Source of the DNA: Bigelowiella natans CCMP2755
Lineage: Eukaryota; Protista; Cercozoa
Direction: 5' to 3'
Assembly: GCA_000320545.1 (NCBI GenBank)
Contig: ADNK01002770.1
Coordinates: 5,508-69,507 of the forward strand
Length of the DNA stretch: 64,000 bases
The notes under the pieces are model-generated. The model was not told where the DNA came from. It searched no databases and saw only the letters and a program-made list of their open reading frames with translations. Position 1 is the stretch's first letter. Every line of letters starts with the position of its first letter. The position numbers were made by a program, and so were the translations under genes. Shown here in pieces: positions 28,190 to 42,700 of this stretch.

Positions 28190-29172
28190 GACCGCAGGGC
28201 ATCGACGTGCACAACAACCCCTCTCCTGCGAACTGGGCACAACACACAGCATGGGGTGAGAGCGTGAAGTTGCGGACTGTTCTAAACCGCTCAATGGCGG
28301 CATTTAGACGTGTTGATGCGCAGTTGAACTACGAAAACGATCTTAGTTTGCTAATCCCGTGTCCTTTCCCCTCCACTCAAGGATCTTTGAAAGAGTATCT
28401 TATTTGGCTGGAAATTGGTGGTTTCCGTGGCTCGTAGCGCTTGGCTCCGGTGAGAGATACCTTCCTCATTAGCTAGATGTGTGGTGGGGAATCCACCCAT
28501 TCTCGCTTTGTCTTTCGCCGGGTGATTGTAAGAGGAAATCTTCAATCATGAGATGTGTATTTCAACCAGGCGTGAATATGTTTACCCTGGTGTTTGGAGG
28601 GGTCTTGGCAGCGTGCTACGTGACTGCTGTTCTGGTCAGAACTAACGACCGCGGTCGATTAACAATCAAGACAACCACACATCGCATGTAGAAGGGAACC
28701 TTTTTAATTAGACATGGAAGCGAGATTGCAAATTAACTCTCATCAGACTCGGCCTAAATACTGGTTCGCCACAGCATCTATCAACGCCTTTGGAACTATA
28801 ATAGGGTGCGCCTTCCACCCCAATGCAAAAGCACTTCATTTTCAATTAAAAATAGGCCGGTGTTTCCAATAGAAAATATATATCCTAAAGAGCCATCACA
28901 CGCATTTCTGTGTTGATCTTCACACACCCCATATACTCGTTACAAACCATCATCAGGGTTGTTCTTGTCGTCTACCTGGTTCAAGTCAACGGTACGCGCA
29001 ATGAAGCCTTAACGAGTTTGAACGTCTAGTGAAACCAAGATATGGAAAGCAAATTCCTGATCTCTCCCATACCCATACAGTACACATGGGTTCTCCAGAG
29101 TCCATGATATTCTATGGCAAACATAATCCATTTGTTTTGCTCGAGACCTGCGCACACACACACACTCACCTA

Positions 29173-29253
<81 letters not shown>

Positions 29254-30463
29254 GCACACACGCACACACATATATATATACAACACTGAAAGGCACGGAC
29301 TACATTACCGACCGATTTCCTTCAGTTTTCAAATCAGGTGGCGGCAGCAAGCACAAACTTCGCATATATATTTTCCCAACAAACAGAACACAAAAACGCC
29401 GGGGTGACAGACAACCAACCGAATCTCCTCAATCGATGGCGCATCGATTAAATAATAGAAAGCGCAACAGCGCAGTGCTTTGCTTACGCAGTTGTCTCGC
29501 TCACGACTAGCATACTGCTAAACAAATATCTGCAGATAAGTGGGGCTGGATTGAAGAGAACGTCGAGAAATATGGGCCTTTTGGCGTGGTAGTAGCATGC
29601 GAGCTTCCAAATATACACTTTTATTGCAATCTACGGCGACGGCGGCTGCCTCCGTCGAGAGAGAATGGCAATTCCACATTCTTCTGCGACGGAGCTGTTT
29701 TTCGTCATCGTGCGGTCTTTGAGGCGGCAAATGCGTGTCATATGGTGTTGGCAGGTCTTGACGTCTGCTGCTCCTATTGTGCTGCATCCTGTAATTCTAT
29801 TCGCAATGCTGGGTAATATAAACGCCCTTGCAGGAAGAAAAGGGATAATATGTTTATAAAATTACATCGGTGTCCTCTACCATCACATCCCAGCTTCTTT
29901 CCGGATCTTCCTCATCCCTCTCGGTTCTTTGTGGTGGTAATTATGCCAACGACTCCCCGCTTTAACCCCCCCCTTCCCCCCCGCCCCCCGCCTCCTTTCC
30001 CCACACAGCAAAAATGAACACTGCCGTACTTGTTGGCTGCATCTTCGTTGGAAGGTGCTTTGAACGAATCTTTCCTTAAATACTGATGGGTGGTGTGCAC
30101 GGTTGAGTGAGTGCACATGGAATCGCGTATCACTAACGTGTTTTACGCTGTCTAGTTCCACACCCCCCTTCCCCCCCCCATCCAAAGATGGGCCTTGCGT
30201 GCGGCTGAAAATGCGCTGATGCGATGTGTGTGCTCACAACCAACGCCTATCGCAGGGTACTTAAATACTCAATCATGGCGCAGTGTGCTCTCACGGCTCC
30301 TGGGATGCTGAGGTACATTGTAGCTTAGGGAGTGATGCAATGTGCGCGCACGAATGTATCCGTGGCCGATTCCTTCGTTTTTGGGCTCTGAGGGGTGCGG
30401 CGCGTCGTATCCAGGTACTTTGGTGGAAAGAAGCTCGTCGATGTCGCCAAAAAGGAGTCGTAG
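28190..30463 (+). CDS. Hypothetical polytopic membrane protein (multi-exon, start codon not located)
   Basis: Hydrophobic exons: PQGIDVHNNPSPANWAQHTAW|GSLKEYLIWLEI|GVNMFTLVFGGVLAACYVTAVLVRTNDR|ASINAFGTIIG|VVLVVYLVQVN|..VLTSAAPIVLHPVILFAML|..KMNTAVLVGCIFVGR|WALRAAENALMR..|YFGGKKLVDVAKKES*. Some phases are unresolved. Confidence 0.55.
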
Positions 30464-30569
30464 GTCGTACGTCGTAGGGGTGATGTTTTTCCGAGCATGT
30501 TCTCAAACGCTATACGGCGACGAAACCACGGCATCGCATCGCGGAATGGATAGACTAGATAGAGCGTAG

Positions 30570-31200
30570 ACCATGCTAGCATGCATGGCCGTGATTACAT
30601 TTGCTGTGCAACAATCACATAGATCTTAGCATGGGATTACGCCGATCATTGCCGCAGGGTTTTTTGTCCTGGCATAGCTAGATAGCAACTTGTTTTCTAG
30701 AGACAGCGTGTAACAACGGGTTGAATATACGCGCGACTCAACTTTCATGTATAATTGCTTGATTGGCGCGCACACTCTAGCTAGCTAGCTAGCTAGCACT
30801 CACTAGTACTACAGGCTCCTAGACTCGTACGATACAGCAGCGCCCACTTATTAGTTATCGACGAACGTGACCGCTCTAGCACTCATGCATGCAGTTGCCG
30901 CAACTAGCTTGTTTAATCTAGTTATATGTTGCGAATAATAATGGAAATAATCTCTTATTGCATTGCACGCGCGGATCCTCCGCACGCTGATGCTCTGTAC
31001 GATTGCTAGCTTATTGGATATTATATTTGACTGATAACTGTGTTGTCATGCATACTAGCACACTTGACAATTGGCAGTCTAGCAGAAGTAGCATCGCAAT
31101 ATAAATAATCGGGTCGTCAGTTTACGTATGAAGTAATTGCATTAAAAATTCGTCAAACATATGCACTAACAGTGTATTCCTAATTATTCTAGTACGCTAG
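30570..31200. other. CTAG/AGCT/CATG-rich block between convergent genes
   Basis: ctagctagctagctagctagc at ~30777-30797, with many gctagc/catgc. Non-coding. Confidence 0.8.
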
Positions 31201-31300
31201 TATGGTTTACTCGGGCTATTATTGTATTTATTGAGATACACACGCCTACTTGGGAACGTGCGAGCAGCAGTAAGCTGCAATAACGATAAAAAGCTAAATT

Positions 31301-31493
31301 TTATAAGTATAACTTCGCTTTTGTATAACAGGGCAGGAGACGCGCAACACGCTTGGTCCTCATTCGAAGATAAAGCTGCCTGTCGCCAGCCAGGCTGCAT
31401 GTGCGGAAAAGTTATATAAACGGAAGGTTCGCGCTCCGTCGTACCCTATTGACCAACATCAAAAACACATAAAAACGTATATATTTTATAAAA

Positions 31494-31526
<33 letters not shown>

Positions 31527-32384
31527 GAATTGATAGAGAGCGCAGATGTCCATAATGAAACCACCGACAAACATCGCAAACGAGTCAATGCAAGCCTCAG
31601 CACCCTCCGGTTTCCCCCCATATTGCGGAGTGCCTAGCATGGTTGATATGTACAGTTCTTACCGCTAGGAAGAGCGATGGGAATTCGAATGGCCGATCCC
31701 TCGCGTGCCGCATTTGCTACATCCCCCACCTATTTGCGCGAAGAGAAAGAGGAGTTTCTGTTATTTGTCTTATTCGTCAGAACTCCTTCATCAACCGTGT
31801 TTGTTGTGGCGAGAAGATAACGACACAGCCCTCCTCCCCCCCCCTTCTCAGATGACGGTTGTGATTATGCCTTACAATGATCCATCTTCGGCCTTCTTCA
31901 GGAAACGTCACCGTATCTAATAACAACAATTCCATTCGTCAGCCCCACTATCGTAGTTGTGAAGAATTATGACCCCCCCCTCCCTCCTGCGGCGCCCCCG
32001 CCCTTTTCAAATGAACATCTCGCGGCCGCCTCACCGTGCGCGCGGCCCTTCGCATCAGGTCCAAGGGGGGGGCTGGAGGAGTACGCATAGGGTTCGAAAG
32101 GGTCGCGATGGAAATCGGCATCCTCAGCGGCAGCAACGTCCTTACAGATGAACGAGTTGTGTTAATGCGTATTGGGCATTAGTCCGCCATTTAAATGGTA
32201 ATTATGGTCGTAATCATAACGATGATAATCACAATGATAATGATAATATTCAAAAAAAAAAAAAAAAAATAATACGCTTAATCTCAAAAATACCCTCTCG
32301 CATATCTCCCTTCCCCCTCCCCCCTCTACCCACTCTTAAGACGACGCGTGCGAAGTTGAAGTAGAGAGCAAACCCTTCACATCC

Positions 32385-32418
<34 letters not shown>

Positions 32419-32624
32419 GCACACACATTGAACGATTCTTTACCATGCATTTCTTGCCTTTTTTCCTCTTCCTAGAGCGGCTGTCTTTGATTTCCCTCTC
32501 AGGAATCGCGATCCTAACCTAGCAAGCGCAGAGACCCGGGGGGGAAAGGAGGTCGAGAAAATGAATGTAAATGAAATCTCAGGGAGAAGAGAGATATAGA
32601 GAGATAGAGAGAGAGAGAGAGAGA

Positions 32625-32674
<50 letters not shown>

Positions 32675-32952
32675 AGAGAATCACGATTGCCTTCTTTCAA
32701 ACTATACAATAAAAACCAACAAGTGCTTGTCACTCTCAACCCCTTCTTCACCATCATCACAAGCGCTCGTGATGAGAAGCATTGCGTGCAGATGCACGCA
32801 CTACTCTATCTCCCAACAGAGGACAAACCGCAGCCGCCGCCTCACCGATGTCAAATAGCCAACGCCCCAGCCACCCTCTTGAAAAGCGCCCATCGTCGGC
32901 TCGCTCACAATAACACATCTAGGCTGCACAGCTGATGGACAAATATACAAAA

Positions 32953-32994
<42 letters not shown>

Positions 32995-34345
32995 GTATAT
33001 TATGGGGAAATCCGCTCTTGGAGAATGGTGAGTGTATCTCGTGGCGTCTGAACCTTTTTCGAAAACCGCTTGGATCCATGGGTGGATTCTTAAAGGGGGT
33101 GGGGGGAGAGGGGAGAGGAGAGTGAGCATGCAGAAATCAAGTTGAAGACTTCATCGTGAGGGGAGAACGACGAGGGGTGGTATTGACTACTCGCTTGCGC
33201 GTGCGAGCACATGCGCACAGCTCTTCATGTTTATTGTGCGAAGAATATACACAAAGCAATTCGAATATCGGAGACCTATGATTCGTAGCAGCGCCGGGAA
33301 AGCTAAAAACGCAACCATCGTCATCGTCATCATCATCATCATCACGCCAAGGAAAACGTAAAGCGTTTTCCCACATTTCGAGGGACGTCTCCTCCCCCCC
33401 CCCCCGCCCCCACCCACATTTTCTCGATGACAATGAAAGAGAAAAGGGGAATGAATGGTAACAGGATAGAATCGGTGGTGATGAAGAATGCGCATGGATA
33501 TGGACTACGATTGATGAAAGGTTGCGTGATTATCGATCGCTGTGCGTGAAGAAACGGTTTGATTCATGTTCTTCTGCCGCGGCTGTTATCATTCCCACCC
33601 GTGCTTCTCATCGACGAGAGTCTCGTAATTCGAGGGAATTCTAGGATCTGTTAGAAATCGGTGGTAACAATGAGTCCATGGTGATGATGGTGACGATTGG
33701 TGATGACGATGATCATCATTGCGGCGACGGTGATGCTACGGATAACGACGACCGAAGTTATAACGATGTCGCAATCCTATCATTGCTTCGCATCGTTTTG
33801 GCTCGGTTCCTTGGCTCGGTTCCAAGTCAAAGCGGTGCATGCATGCATGCGGAAAATGCGAGAAGAGGCTCACCTCCATATGGTCCTGACAACGTGAGCT
33901 CATAGCGCAGCCCTCGTGGGGATATTGCACACGGCTTGAAGTACTCGAAGATGAGCTGAACGACACCTCTCTGGAACGTGGTTTCCTGACGCATATAGCG
34001 GCATGGTCTCAGTGCTGGCCACTTTGAATCAACACAAGGCTGGCCCCGCAGCGCCTTCGCGCAGTGCTGCCGCTATTGCTAATCATCTCTTCCAATATCT
34101 TCGCAGAAGACGCGTATTTTGAGTGTTACGTTACAGTGCTTGCTCAGGGGAGATTGAGTGCTCCTTCATTTTATATTGTGATGCACTACAAGTCTTAGTA
34201 GCACTTCACCCCAGAATCGTCCCCCCTTCCCCCCACCCCCTCCCAATAAATCCTCCGACCCCGAGCGCCTCGTGGATCCACAGGGTGAAGACACGAGAGT
34301 TGATGTCCGCGGAGCTCATTTGGGACGACCCCAGCTAAAGGAGTA

Positions 34346-34380
<35 letters not shown>

Positions 34381-34394
34381 TGTGTTAATAGAGA

Positions 34395-34432
<38 letters not shown>

Positions 34433-34911
34433 TCAGCACAGGACCAAGCAAGTCACACTCACATAAGCTGTTTTCTGATAAATAAAAGCTCAATTGCCGT
34501 TAACATAATCCGTCGTTCAGGTACACAAGACGGCCTTACTACCTCCCCCCTCCCCCCCTCCCCCCCTCTATCCCTTCTGCGTTAGTGAGAGGAAGTACCA
34601 TATCGTAAACTGAAGGAAGATGCAGATGTCGTGATTCAAGAACATGGGCCAGCACGTAGTTTTTGAACGATTCGGCCTATCATAATAAGGGGGGGAGTTT
34701 GGGGGGGTATTTTTATACTAACCGCTTGTGAGAATGGGTATATGTCGTCTCGCCCGTTTCCATATCTTTCATTACATCGATTTGTCGTAGCGACTGAAAC
34801 AGCTTTAGTCTGATCAGGGGCACTGTTTGGACCTACATGGTTGGTTGCAGGCAGTTACTCAAAGGAGGCAGAGCACGCATCATAGAGTCACCCACACGTG
34901 CGTAAACACGC

Positions 34912-34954
<43 letters not shown>

Positions 34955-36420
34955 TGGAGTTATAACGTATGTAGCCTTCTGACCAGGGGCAGTCTCCGTT
35001 CTGCGTCCTGAACGATGGAAAAACAACGCTATGAATGACGTGCTACATTGCCGCATGTACGTCTTCTTTTACCGCGGTGTCCATCTCACGAGATTTGAGC
35101 ACTTCGATACCCTTCCCCACCGAGTCATTAAGGCTCTCTACTCATTCACAAAGAAGCTAATCACGGCCCCCGACTCCTCAAGGAAACGACGACAACAAAA
35201 CACGTGTTGCGGAAGTTTTGCAGAAAGACGAAGCTTAAACATAAGTAGTGCATATAGCTTTAAAGAAGGAACAAAGACACGTGCGTATGTGCACATGAGA
35301 GTGTGTTTCAAAGTGATGACCGGCGACTCCTCTTAGCTTACAGAGATCTTTGTTATTCTATATATATTCGCGTTAAAATTTTGGTGACGAACAGCGATAT
35401 TCCAGAGAGGCGGCTCAATGGTGAGTTGGGTGGGTTTCGTTTATGGTCGGTCGGCGAGAGAGAGAAAGCGAAGAGATCGATCAGACGTTGTACAGCACGT
35501 ATTGAATCTTCTTCAGTATATTAGTATGAACTAAATAAATTTATCCAGAATATGGAAGCTTGCTACATGTTTCTTAACATTGCTATGGTGTACCTCTGAG
35601 TATCCTGACGAACAACCGTCCTCTATTGTACCTGACTTTCCCTTTGCTTTCGTATCTGCGTCGTAAGGCAGGCGTCCGCCCCTATCTAGCGTCATGTTTA
35701 TTCCGTCTTCTATCTGAAAATCATCACACAGTTTCTTGTTTGCTCTCTAACGAAGCAAGCAGATTGTTGAATTGGTGTTTCGATGCGCGTGTACCGCGAA
35801 TAGAAGCGTCTCTTTTCGCTCGATCGCGTCCCTCCTCTCCGCTAGCAGCTTGTCAAACCGCCTTTACGTGGTGCTCGAGTTCAGGTTAGCCCGACATCGT
35901 ATACACATCTTTTTACTTACCAAAGCGTGCCACGCATATGCGATCGCAGCTTATCCAGCTCGTCGACGTCTTTGTCCTTTATCGTAGCATCGGCATTTAA
36001 AAAAAAATGAGTTGAGCTCGTGAAAAGACGTCTCGAAAAGGTAGATCTCACATCGACGTCGCCACTGGGAAGGGGGAGATCTGGCAGCTTGAGCTTTCTA
36101 CACACATTTCCCGAAATCATTGCAAATATGCGACCATTCCAACTGGCGGTTGTTAAAAAGGAGAGATTAGGCCTAAGCTAAACCTTCGCCCCCTCCCGGT
36201 TCTTTCCTTCGGACGCTTCGAGTTTCCCCCTCCCATGTGCCTCTCGTTCGAGTTGTTTGTACACGTTGAGCAACGCCTCGAAATAATCACTTTTCTTAGA
36301 TATAATTGCCTTGATTTCTGTCCCAAATCTAGATACGAATGTTGCCTCCTGTTGTCCTCGGAATTCTTCCGGAAAGTTCCCGGAAAGAGCGGGTGCAGTT
36401 CCGGCCTGCGACAACTCCAG
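31301..36420 (-). CDS. Hypothetical multi-exon protein
   Basis: Exons with GT-AG ends, e.g. ..FVSRFGTEIKAIISKKSDYFEALLNVYKQLE.. (36185-36410), DKDVDELDKLRSHMRGTLW|RFDKLLAERRDAIERKE, SLNDSVGKGIEVLKSREMD..|DAERRLPLVRR, AESFKNYVLAHVLESRHLHLPSVYDM|LGSS..IHEALG|LIFEYFKPC, DADFHRDPFEPYAY..|DTVTFPEEGRRWII|QMRHARDRPFEF. Both ends are uncertain and no family is recognised. Confidence 0.55.
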
Positions 36421-36757
36421 ATAACTCCCCTCTCTCTCGTGTCGCTGGCAGTCCAGACGGCGCGAGTTCCTAAACTAAAATTGTACGAAATGCTTGTCGT
36501 CTTTTACAAACGGCAAGAGTTTATCTCCGCATTTTGTACTAAGTTTTCGGGTAGAAGAGCTACGTAAGCTAACACTGACAAAATATCATGAGAGAACTCC
36601 GTTACAGGCAACGATAAGCCGAAACGCTACGACAAGCCCGTCTTCAAAGTGGGGAGAGGAGGGAGGGGCGGCCACACAGCATGGGCCTGCAAACGTGCCG
36701 TCCTTAATGGCGTAAATAAAATTCGCGAACAACTTTATTAGCTAGAAATCTACAGAG

Positions 36758-39700
36758 ATGGAAGCAGCTGCGAATTCTCTCCGGGCGGGTTGCGGGCACG
36801 TCTTCCAATACCGAATAGCCAGGCTTGCCGCCGTCCTATGTTCGCCCTTGTGAGTAGGCTATTTGCTTTTTGTTTTCTCTGGTGTTGGTAAAAATACATG
36901 TGCAACATGAACCTGACCGTTGTGCTGCTCATGGGATTGAAACTTCACTGCAGCTTCCAATTTGTCAGCATCCTGTGGGGGGTCCTAGAACTGTTGGCGA
37001 TCGGAGTGAGCTCAGCGAATTTGGTCGACTTTCTTTCGCAGAATTTGCTATTCACAATATCAATCAATACTCGCGTGATCCAACATTTCTCCCATAAATT
37101 TAGGACAAGCGGTACATGCTCGTAGCGATCCCGTCCCTTCTCGGGCTAGTAATCGTATCTACGTTTCATTACATGAGCTCTCGCACTGTAAAGGTGGTCC
37201 ACAACCCCCGCGTTACGATCGGCGACGGAGAGAGATACCTCGACGCTTACAAAATAAGATGTTTCGACGTCGCCACGGACCGTGTTTTCTCCATCGTGGT
37301 CCTGGTACTCATGTTTTTCTTTGTCGTGTTGGGGTCAGCGTATGCGGGGTTCATGCCTCGAATCAAAGGCAGTCCCCCGGCTAGCAACCCCGGAAAGACC
37401 AGCAGCTTAGCCAACGTATCAGTGCCATATTATCAGTCTGTAGTGAAGTCGTCCTGGACGAATGGCGTTGGTTTTGCTCAAGACACCCTTCGTGCCATGC
37501 TGCACAGCCAGGAGAACAGTATCCCTACTGGCCCTTGTAGCTGTGGGGCGAGCTTAGCGCAATCTCAACTTCACGACAGCTTCGGAAGGATCGGCTGCTG
37601 CTACAGTTTGGAAGGGGGGGGGGCGCAGGCATGCACCCTGGAGTATCCGCGCAACAACTCGGCCTCATCGTCATCATCGACGCCATTGCAGTGCCCGCTG
37701 TACAGCACGTGGTACCTCTCCCTGTGCAGCAAAGACTTCATTTTGGTGGTCGCCAGCAGCACGAGCAAGCTTGCGGAGGGCGAGTGGGAGATCGAAATGG
37801 GGAGTCGGTTCCAACCGATGCACCATAGGAAGTGCGCCCCCACAGCTCAGCCGACTCGCGCGCCTACCGCAAGCATCATCTCAAACACGAGCAGCTCCTC
37901 CTCGCCATCACCATCCCCATCTACCTATTCCCCGACGGCAATGCCGACGACGAGCGAGCACGTCCCTGAATCGCTAAGGGTAAGCGATTTCGAGGCGCCG
38001 TGGTGGATTGGCGATGTAAGACAGTTGTTTCGAGTAGAAATAGCTTGCTCGTGTACCGCACTGGGGCCTCTCTCTGGTCTCGATACCCCGAGCTCGGTTG
38101 TGCGAAGAGTCAGCGAGGTTTATGATTCCCTGAGCATTTATGCGCATGTTGAACTAGCGGCGAGCAATAGCGGAAATCTCACGATTTCGAAAGAGCCGTC
38201 TCTCAGCAGTGTTTGGATCGACGCCAACCACACCACGTCTGCGTGCGTACAATCGAGGTGATAACACGTATTAGCCGCGAAGTAGCCCGCTTTGTATTCC
38301 TTCTAACTGGCTCTCGCGCCTTCATTTTGCATCGTTACTACACTGCAGAGAAACATCTGTTATATACTGCAGACCTGTATGTGCTAATTGATGACACCTC
38401 TGACGTGTGCATATTCATCTGACATGTGCGTATTTATGATGATCAGAGGCTCGAAGAGTGAGCTGATTCAGGTTGGCGCGACGTATCTCCTCGACCACGA
38501 GGATAACAGCACAACCCTCGTCGAGGCCATTTCCATCCTGAGAGGGCAGTATCGTTCCTTCGCGCAGGCGTCACGACTGAAGAGAACCTCCAAAGTCTTC
38601 CAGAGCAATCTTCACTACATGGTTTTGAAAATGACGAATTCTCAGGAGTACTACGAGAAAATGGCGCTGGGGTATGCCTCCCTGGCCTCTCACTACGTCG
38701 AGGACTACTTCTTGCAAGCGCCGCTCGAATTGCTGTTTGAAGACCCGGTGGAGCTCTCACGGGCATATCCCAGCAACAACGTGCAAGCCGTAACAAACAC
38801 CAGCGGCGACGCGTGCTTTGAAATTGCCTTCCAGGCAGGCGACCCGTCGGCGCGAATAGGCCTTGTTTTCACCACAAGCAACACGCTGCTGTCGCAGTTT
38901 GCATCCCAGAACATGGCGGTCTCCGGCACCGGCGTCGCGCTTATGTCGCCCATCGAGGCGTTTCGAGCTGTCGCTGTCTCGCTGGACGATGACGCTGCTA
39001 GCATACGTTTGCACCCGCCAGCAACTGCATCCCTAGCGCTCAAGCTCTTCGTAACATGGAAGGCGTCTTACCTGCAAGCGACTGGAGGGGCGCGCCCCCG
39101 GAGTGACCTCTTCCGTTACGTTCGCATCAGGGAGCAGGACGGGGGCTATAAGGTCCCGGTCCTATCGTTGTCCCAGCGAAACGCGACGATCGTCGATGCA
39201 GATACAGACGAGTTTTCCTTAACGATGGTGGCCCATGATACACCGCGAAGCCGAATTCGGCTTACGATCACGCTGTTTGGGGCGCAAGCTGCCGTGTACA
39301 TCGCGACATCGAGCCAGGTTCGTGAGGTGATTGGTTGAGCTTTCTTTTCACCTTCAGTTGATGATGAAATCGCTATAGTAATGTCTCCTGCGGAGGCTCG
39401 TAATGCAATCCCGCCACATTGTCATTAAGAGTTTAACCGCGGCTTTGCTCCTTGCCCCATCACAGTGTTCCTATGCGTCGTGTTTTCTTTTGCGTGCGAC
39501 GTGGTGTTTGATCCGAAATCTGCGCTCTTTTGTTGCTGAATGTTAGGTGATCAACTCCTCTTCGTCAATTGCGGACTTCGCGCACTTGGCTGGCCCAAGC
39601 GAGGCATTAACACTGCATATCAAGGGGCTGTGGTACCCTGGTACAAACCCATTTGCGACCGTTAGCATGTGGATCTCATCGAATTTCATCGCGGTTCTTG

Positions 39701-42700
39701 GAATCTTCTGGCTGCTCGCTGCGGGGATAATCCTAGCCAACTGTCTACCCGTGGGCACACGGCGCCTCACGGTCTTCTTCCGACTCACTCTCTGCATCAT
39801 CTACCTCGCTTTCATGCTCAATTTCTGGTTGAAGGAGCGGGCCTACATGTGCGAACCCGCGGACTTGCTGGAGAAGTACCTGGGCGAGGGCGAAGCGAGC
39901 ACAAAGAACACCTGTCATATGGAAGAAAAGGATGATTCGTACCTGAACTTCATCACGGTTCCGCTCATTCTACTGCTTGTGGTGATGGCCGCGCAGGCGC
40001 TCTTTTATTTCGTCGGATTCGTCGCCAAGATCAGCTGCTTCACGACCCACGACCGCGATGAGTCGCTGCTCAGTATCGTCAAGTTCGCCTTCATTCTGTT
40101 TTCAGGGCAGCGCACCCTGGCAAACACCTTGCGCTCGGAGGACGGGGGCTTCCGAGTTGAGATCGTGCAGATTCTCCTTGATTTGGTGCAGCGCTAATTC
40201 TGTATTTCAATTTAGAACAAACACAAAAAAAGAAAGCCGGTCGATCAGTCGATCAGCGCCCTCTTCAACACTTTTGATTCGCATTTTAAACGCATTCTAC
40301 CCCGCACCCCGTCCTACCCCCTTCCCCTCCCCCTATGGGCTCACAGGTACTATTCGACAAGCCACCGGAACCGTCTCACGAGCTGGGGCGGTATTTCGTG
40401 TTTTTCCTGCTCTACAGCTCGGGTTATCTCTTATTCGCAAGGAACTACTACTTCCACCACCGATTTACCTGGCACGTCATTCGTGTGTTTATCGTTGATA
40501 TCCCCTCCTACGTGCTTCTCTGGTACTTCACCGAGAAAAACCTCGATAGAACCGTGGAAAACATCACGAACTTGTCCCTCCTCGCAATCATCGTCGTGTG
40601 GAATCTTACAAGCGGCATGAAGTCGATCTTTAGCACCAGAAATGGGACGGGGGTGATGCTCTGCGGCGCCATGTTCTCTGCAGCATCCGCCTCTTCGCTG
40701 CAGCTTTACTACAGCATCTGCCTATTCCTAGCAACGTGCGTAAGCGCTGATCAACCGGGGAAAGCATGATTTCTCTTGTTTGCTTCAGACGTGTAGTAGA
40801 GCGAATGCTTGAAGGCAAGATAAATTGGAAATCGGGGTTCATTTGTATGATTCGTGCCTCGTGTACCTTGCGCGCGAGGAAGGCGTCCTGCTAGCTCTAT
40901 ATATATAATTATAATTATATTTATAGATATAAACACACACACACACACACGCACGCACACACACGTTGATCTTTGATACGATTCTCTACACATTCGTCAT
41001 CCTTCCCATGCCTCAGGACTAGCGTGGTTTTATGCGAGAGCGCTGGGTTCCTGGCCAAGGCGGAGGACTGGATCGCATCGTACTGCCACAACAGGATTCA
41101 CGTCTCGGAGATTCCGATCGACTTTCTTCTCTTTGCGGGTGTCCAATCGATTGCAGCGATGTCTCTTCTTGGCCAAACCGCTGCGTATTTCTTCACGTCC
41201 CTGACTGGGGCCTGCGTGCTTGTTGCGCTGGCCTTGTGGATAAAGGGCGTCAAAAGAAGCAAGGCGACGGGGCTGGGAGCTTTGAGTGAATACCGGGATA
41301 CGCTCTACAAGAACGTCGTGGCGCTGATGATACGCACGTAAGGATGAATGTCTGCTATAGCGTTAGAGCTTGGCTTAAAGAATAATACATAGAAATACGA
41401 GAAGCTGATAGGGCGGGCGGTGAGGAAAGAATGGGAATAATGGATATCGTTTCTCGACTGCCATGCATGCCTAGACCAGTACGTCACTATATTGCCGGAG
41501 GTTGTATAATTGTGTGTCTAAGACGCTGCATTACTCCTGCTATAGAGATAGGAGCCCCCCCAAAAAAAACAGCAAAGACGCGAGGCCATTCTGATTTTCA
41601 AACGAGAACAAAGACCCTGTTTGTCTTTCCTGATGAATATCAGCCGCGACACTCTCTTTCCTCATTGACGCCTCCTCTTCCCGCCATACGCAGGTGCCGC
41701 TTCGACCCTTCCATCTGGGTCCCCCTCCTCATCACATCGATGGTGGTGGTGGCCTCCGTGCTCACTGCTCTCCAATGCGAGCATGACTCGCCTACAGTCT
41801 GCGCCTCGAACGGGATGTGGGTCGCCCAATTTCTGGCCTACGGCATCGCAAGTGGGATCTTCTTCAACTCCACCGAATCGGTGTTCTTGCCAGCGAGAGA
41901 CCCCGGAAAGGCTAGGCGCTTCTCGAGTTCCAGCCTGAGAACGAAGGACGCCGCTGCTCGCTCCTCGCAGTCGATGGCGGGCTTTGGGAGCACTGGAGTT
42001 GAGCTGGCAAAGTTGTCAGCATCGCCTCTCGAGCTGCAGGAAGTGAAAGCGATCAAACCAACGCAGACACGGCGCTCGTTTGACCCGAAGGCAATTGTAG
42101 AAACCAAAGGTTCAGAGGCCCTCTCGACCTTCCCGAAGCACACCGTAAACCTACCAACGGAAAGCGCACGAATGGAAGGTGGGGGTGGCGGAGGGGCGCG
42201 GGGGATGACGACGGACCTCCCCTGTGGATCAGAGAACGGTCAGATGACAGCGACCCCTACAAATCCAATGAAGGATACCAAGCAGCCTTCCGAAGAGGAC
42301 TCAAAGCATTCAGAAAGAAGCACGGTGGAAGTGACTCTTACCGGTGGCGACCTCCAGCTCCAACCTCCGCCACCAGCTTCTGATAACAGGCTTGCTGATG
42401 AGAAAACTCGCGAAGCTGAGGATCGCAAAGATATTCCACCACTCCATTCCTCACACGTTGTCTCTGTGCGTCCTATCGATGCGAAAAGCACCAAACTGTC
42501 GGCCCGGGCCGAGGCGAAACATGACAGCGTTGTAAGTGGGAAACCGACAACGATAGCCACGGAAATTCTAGATCGATCGGAGCTCTTTGTAAATGACGAA
42601 CCGTCTCCAAACAGCTTCTCCACGGTCGCGTCTCTTTCTAATAAGGCTGCCAAAGCGGAATGGGACTATAGAGGGAACACGCGAAACAGGGTAAAATAAC

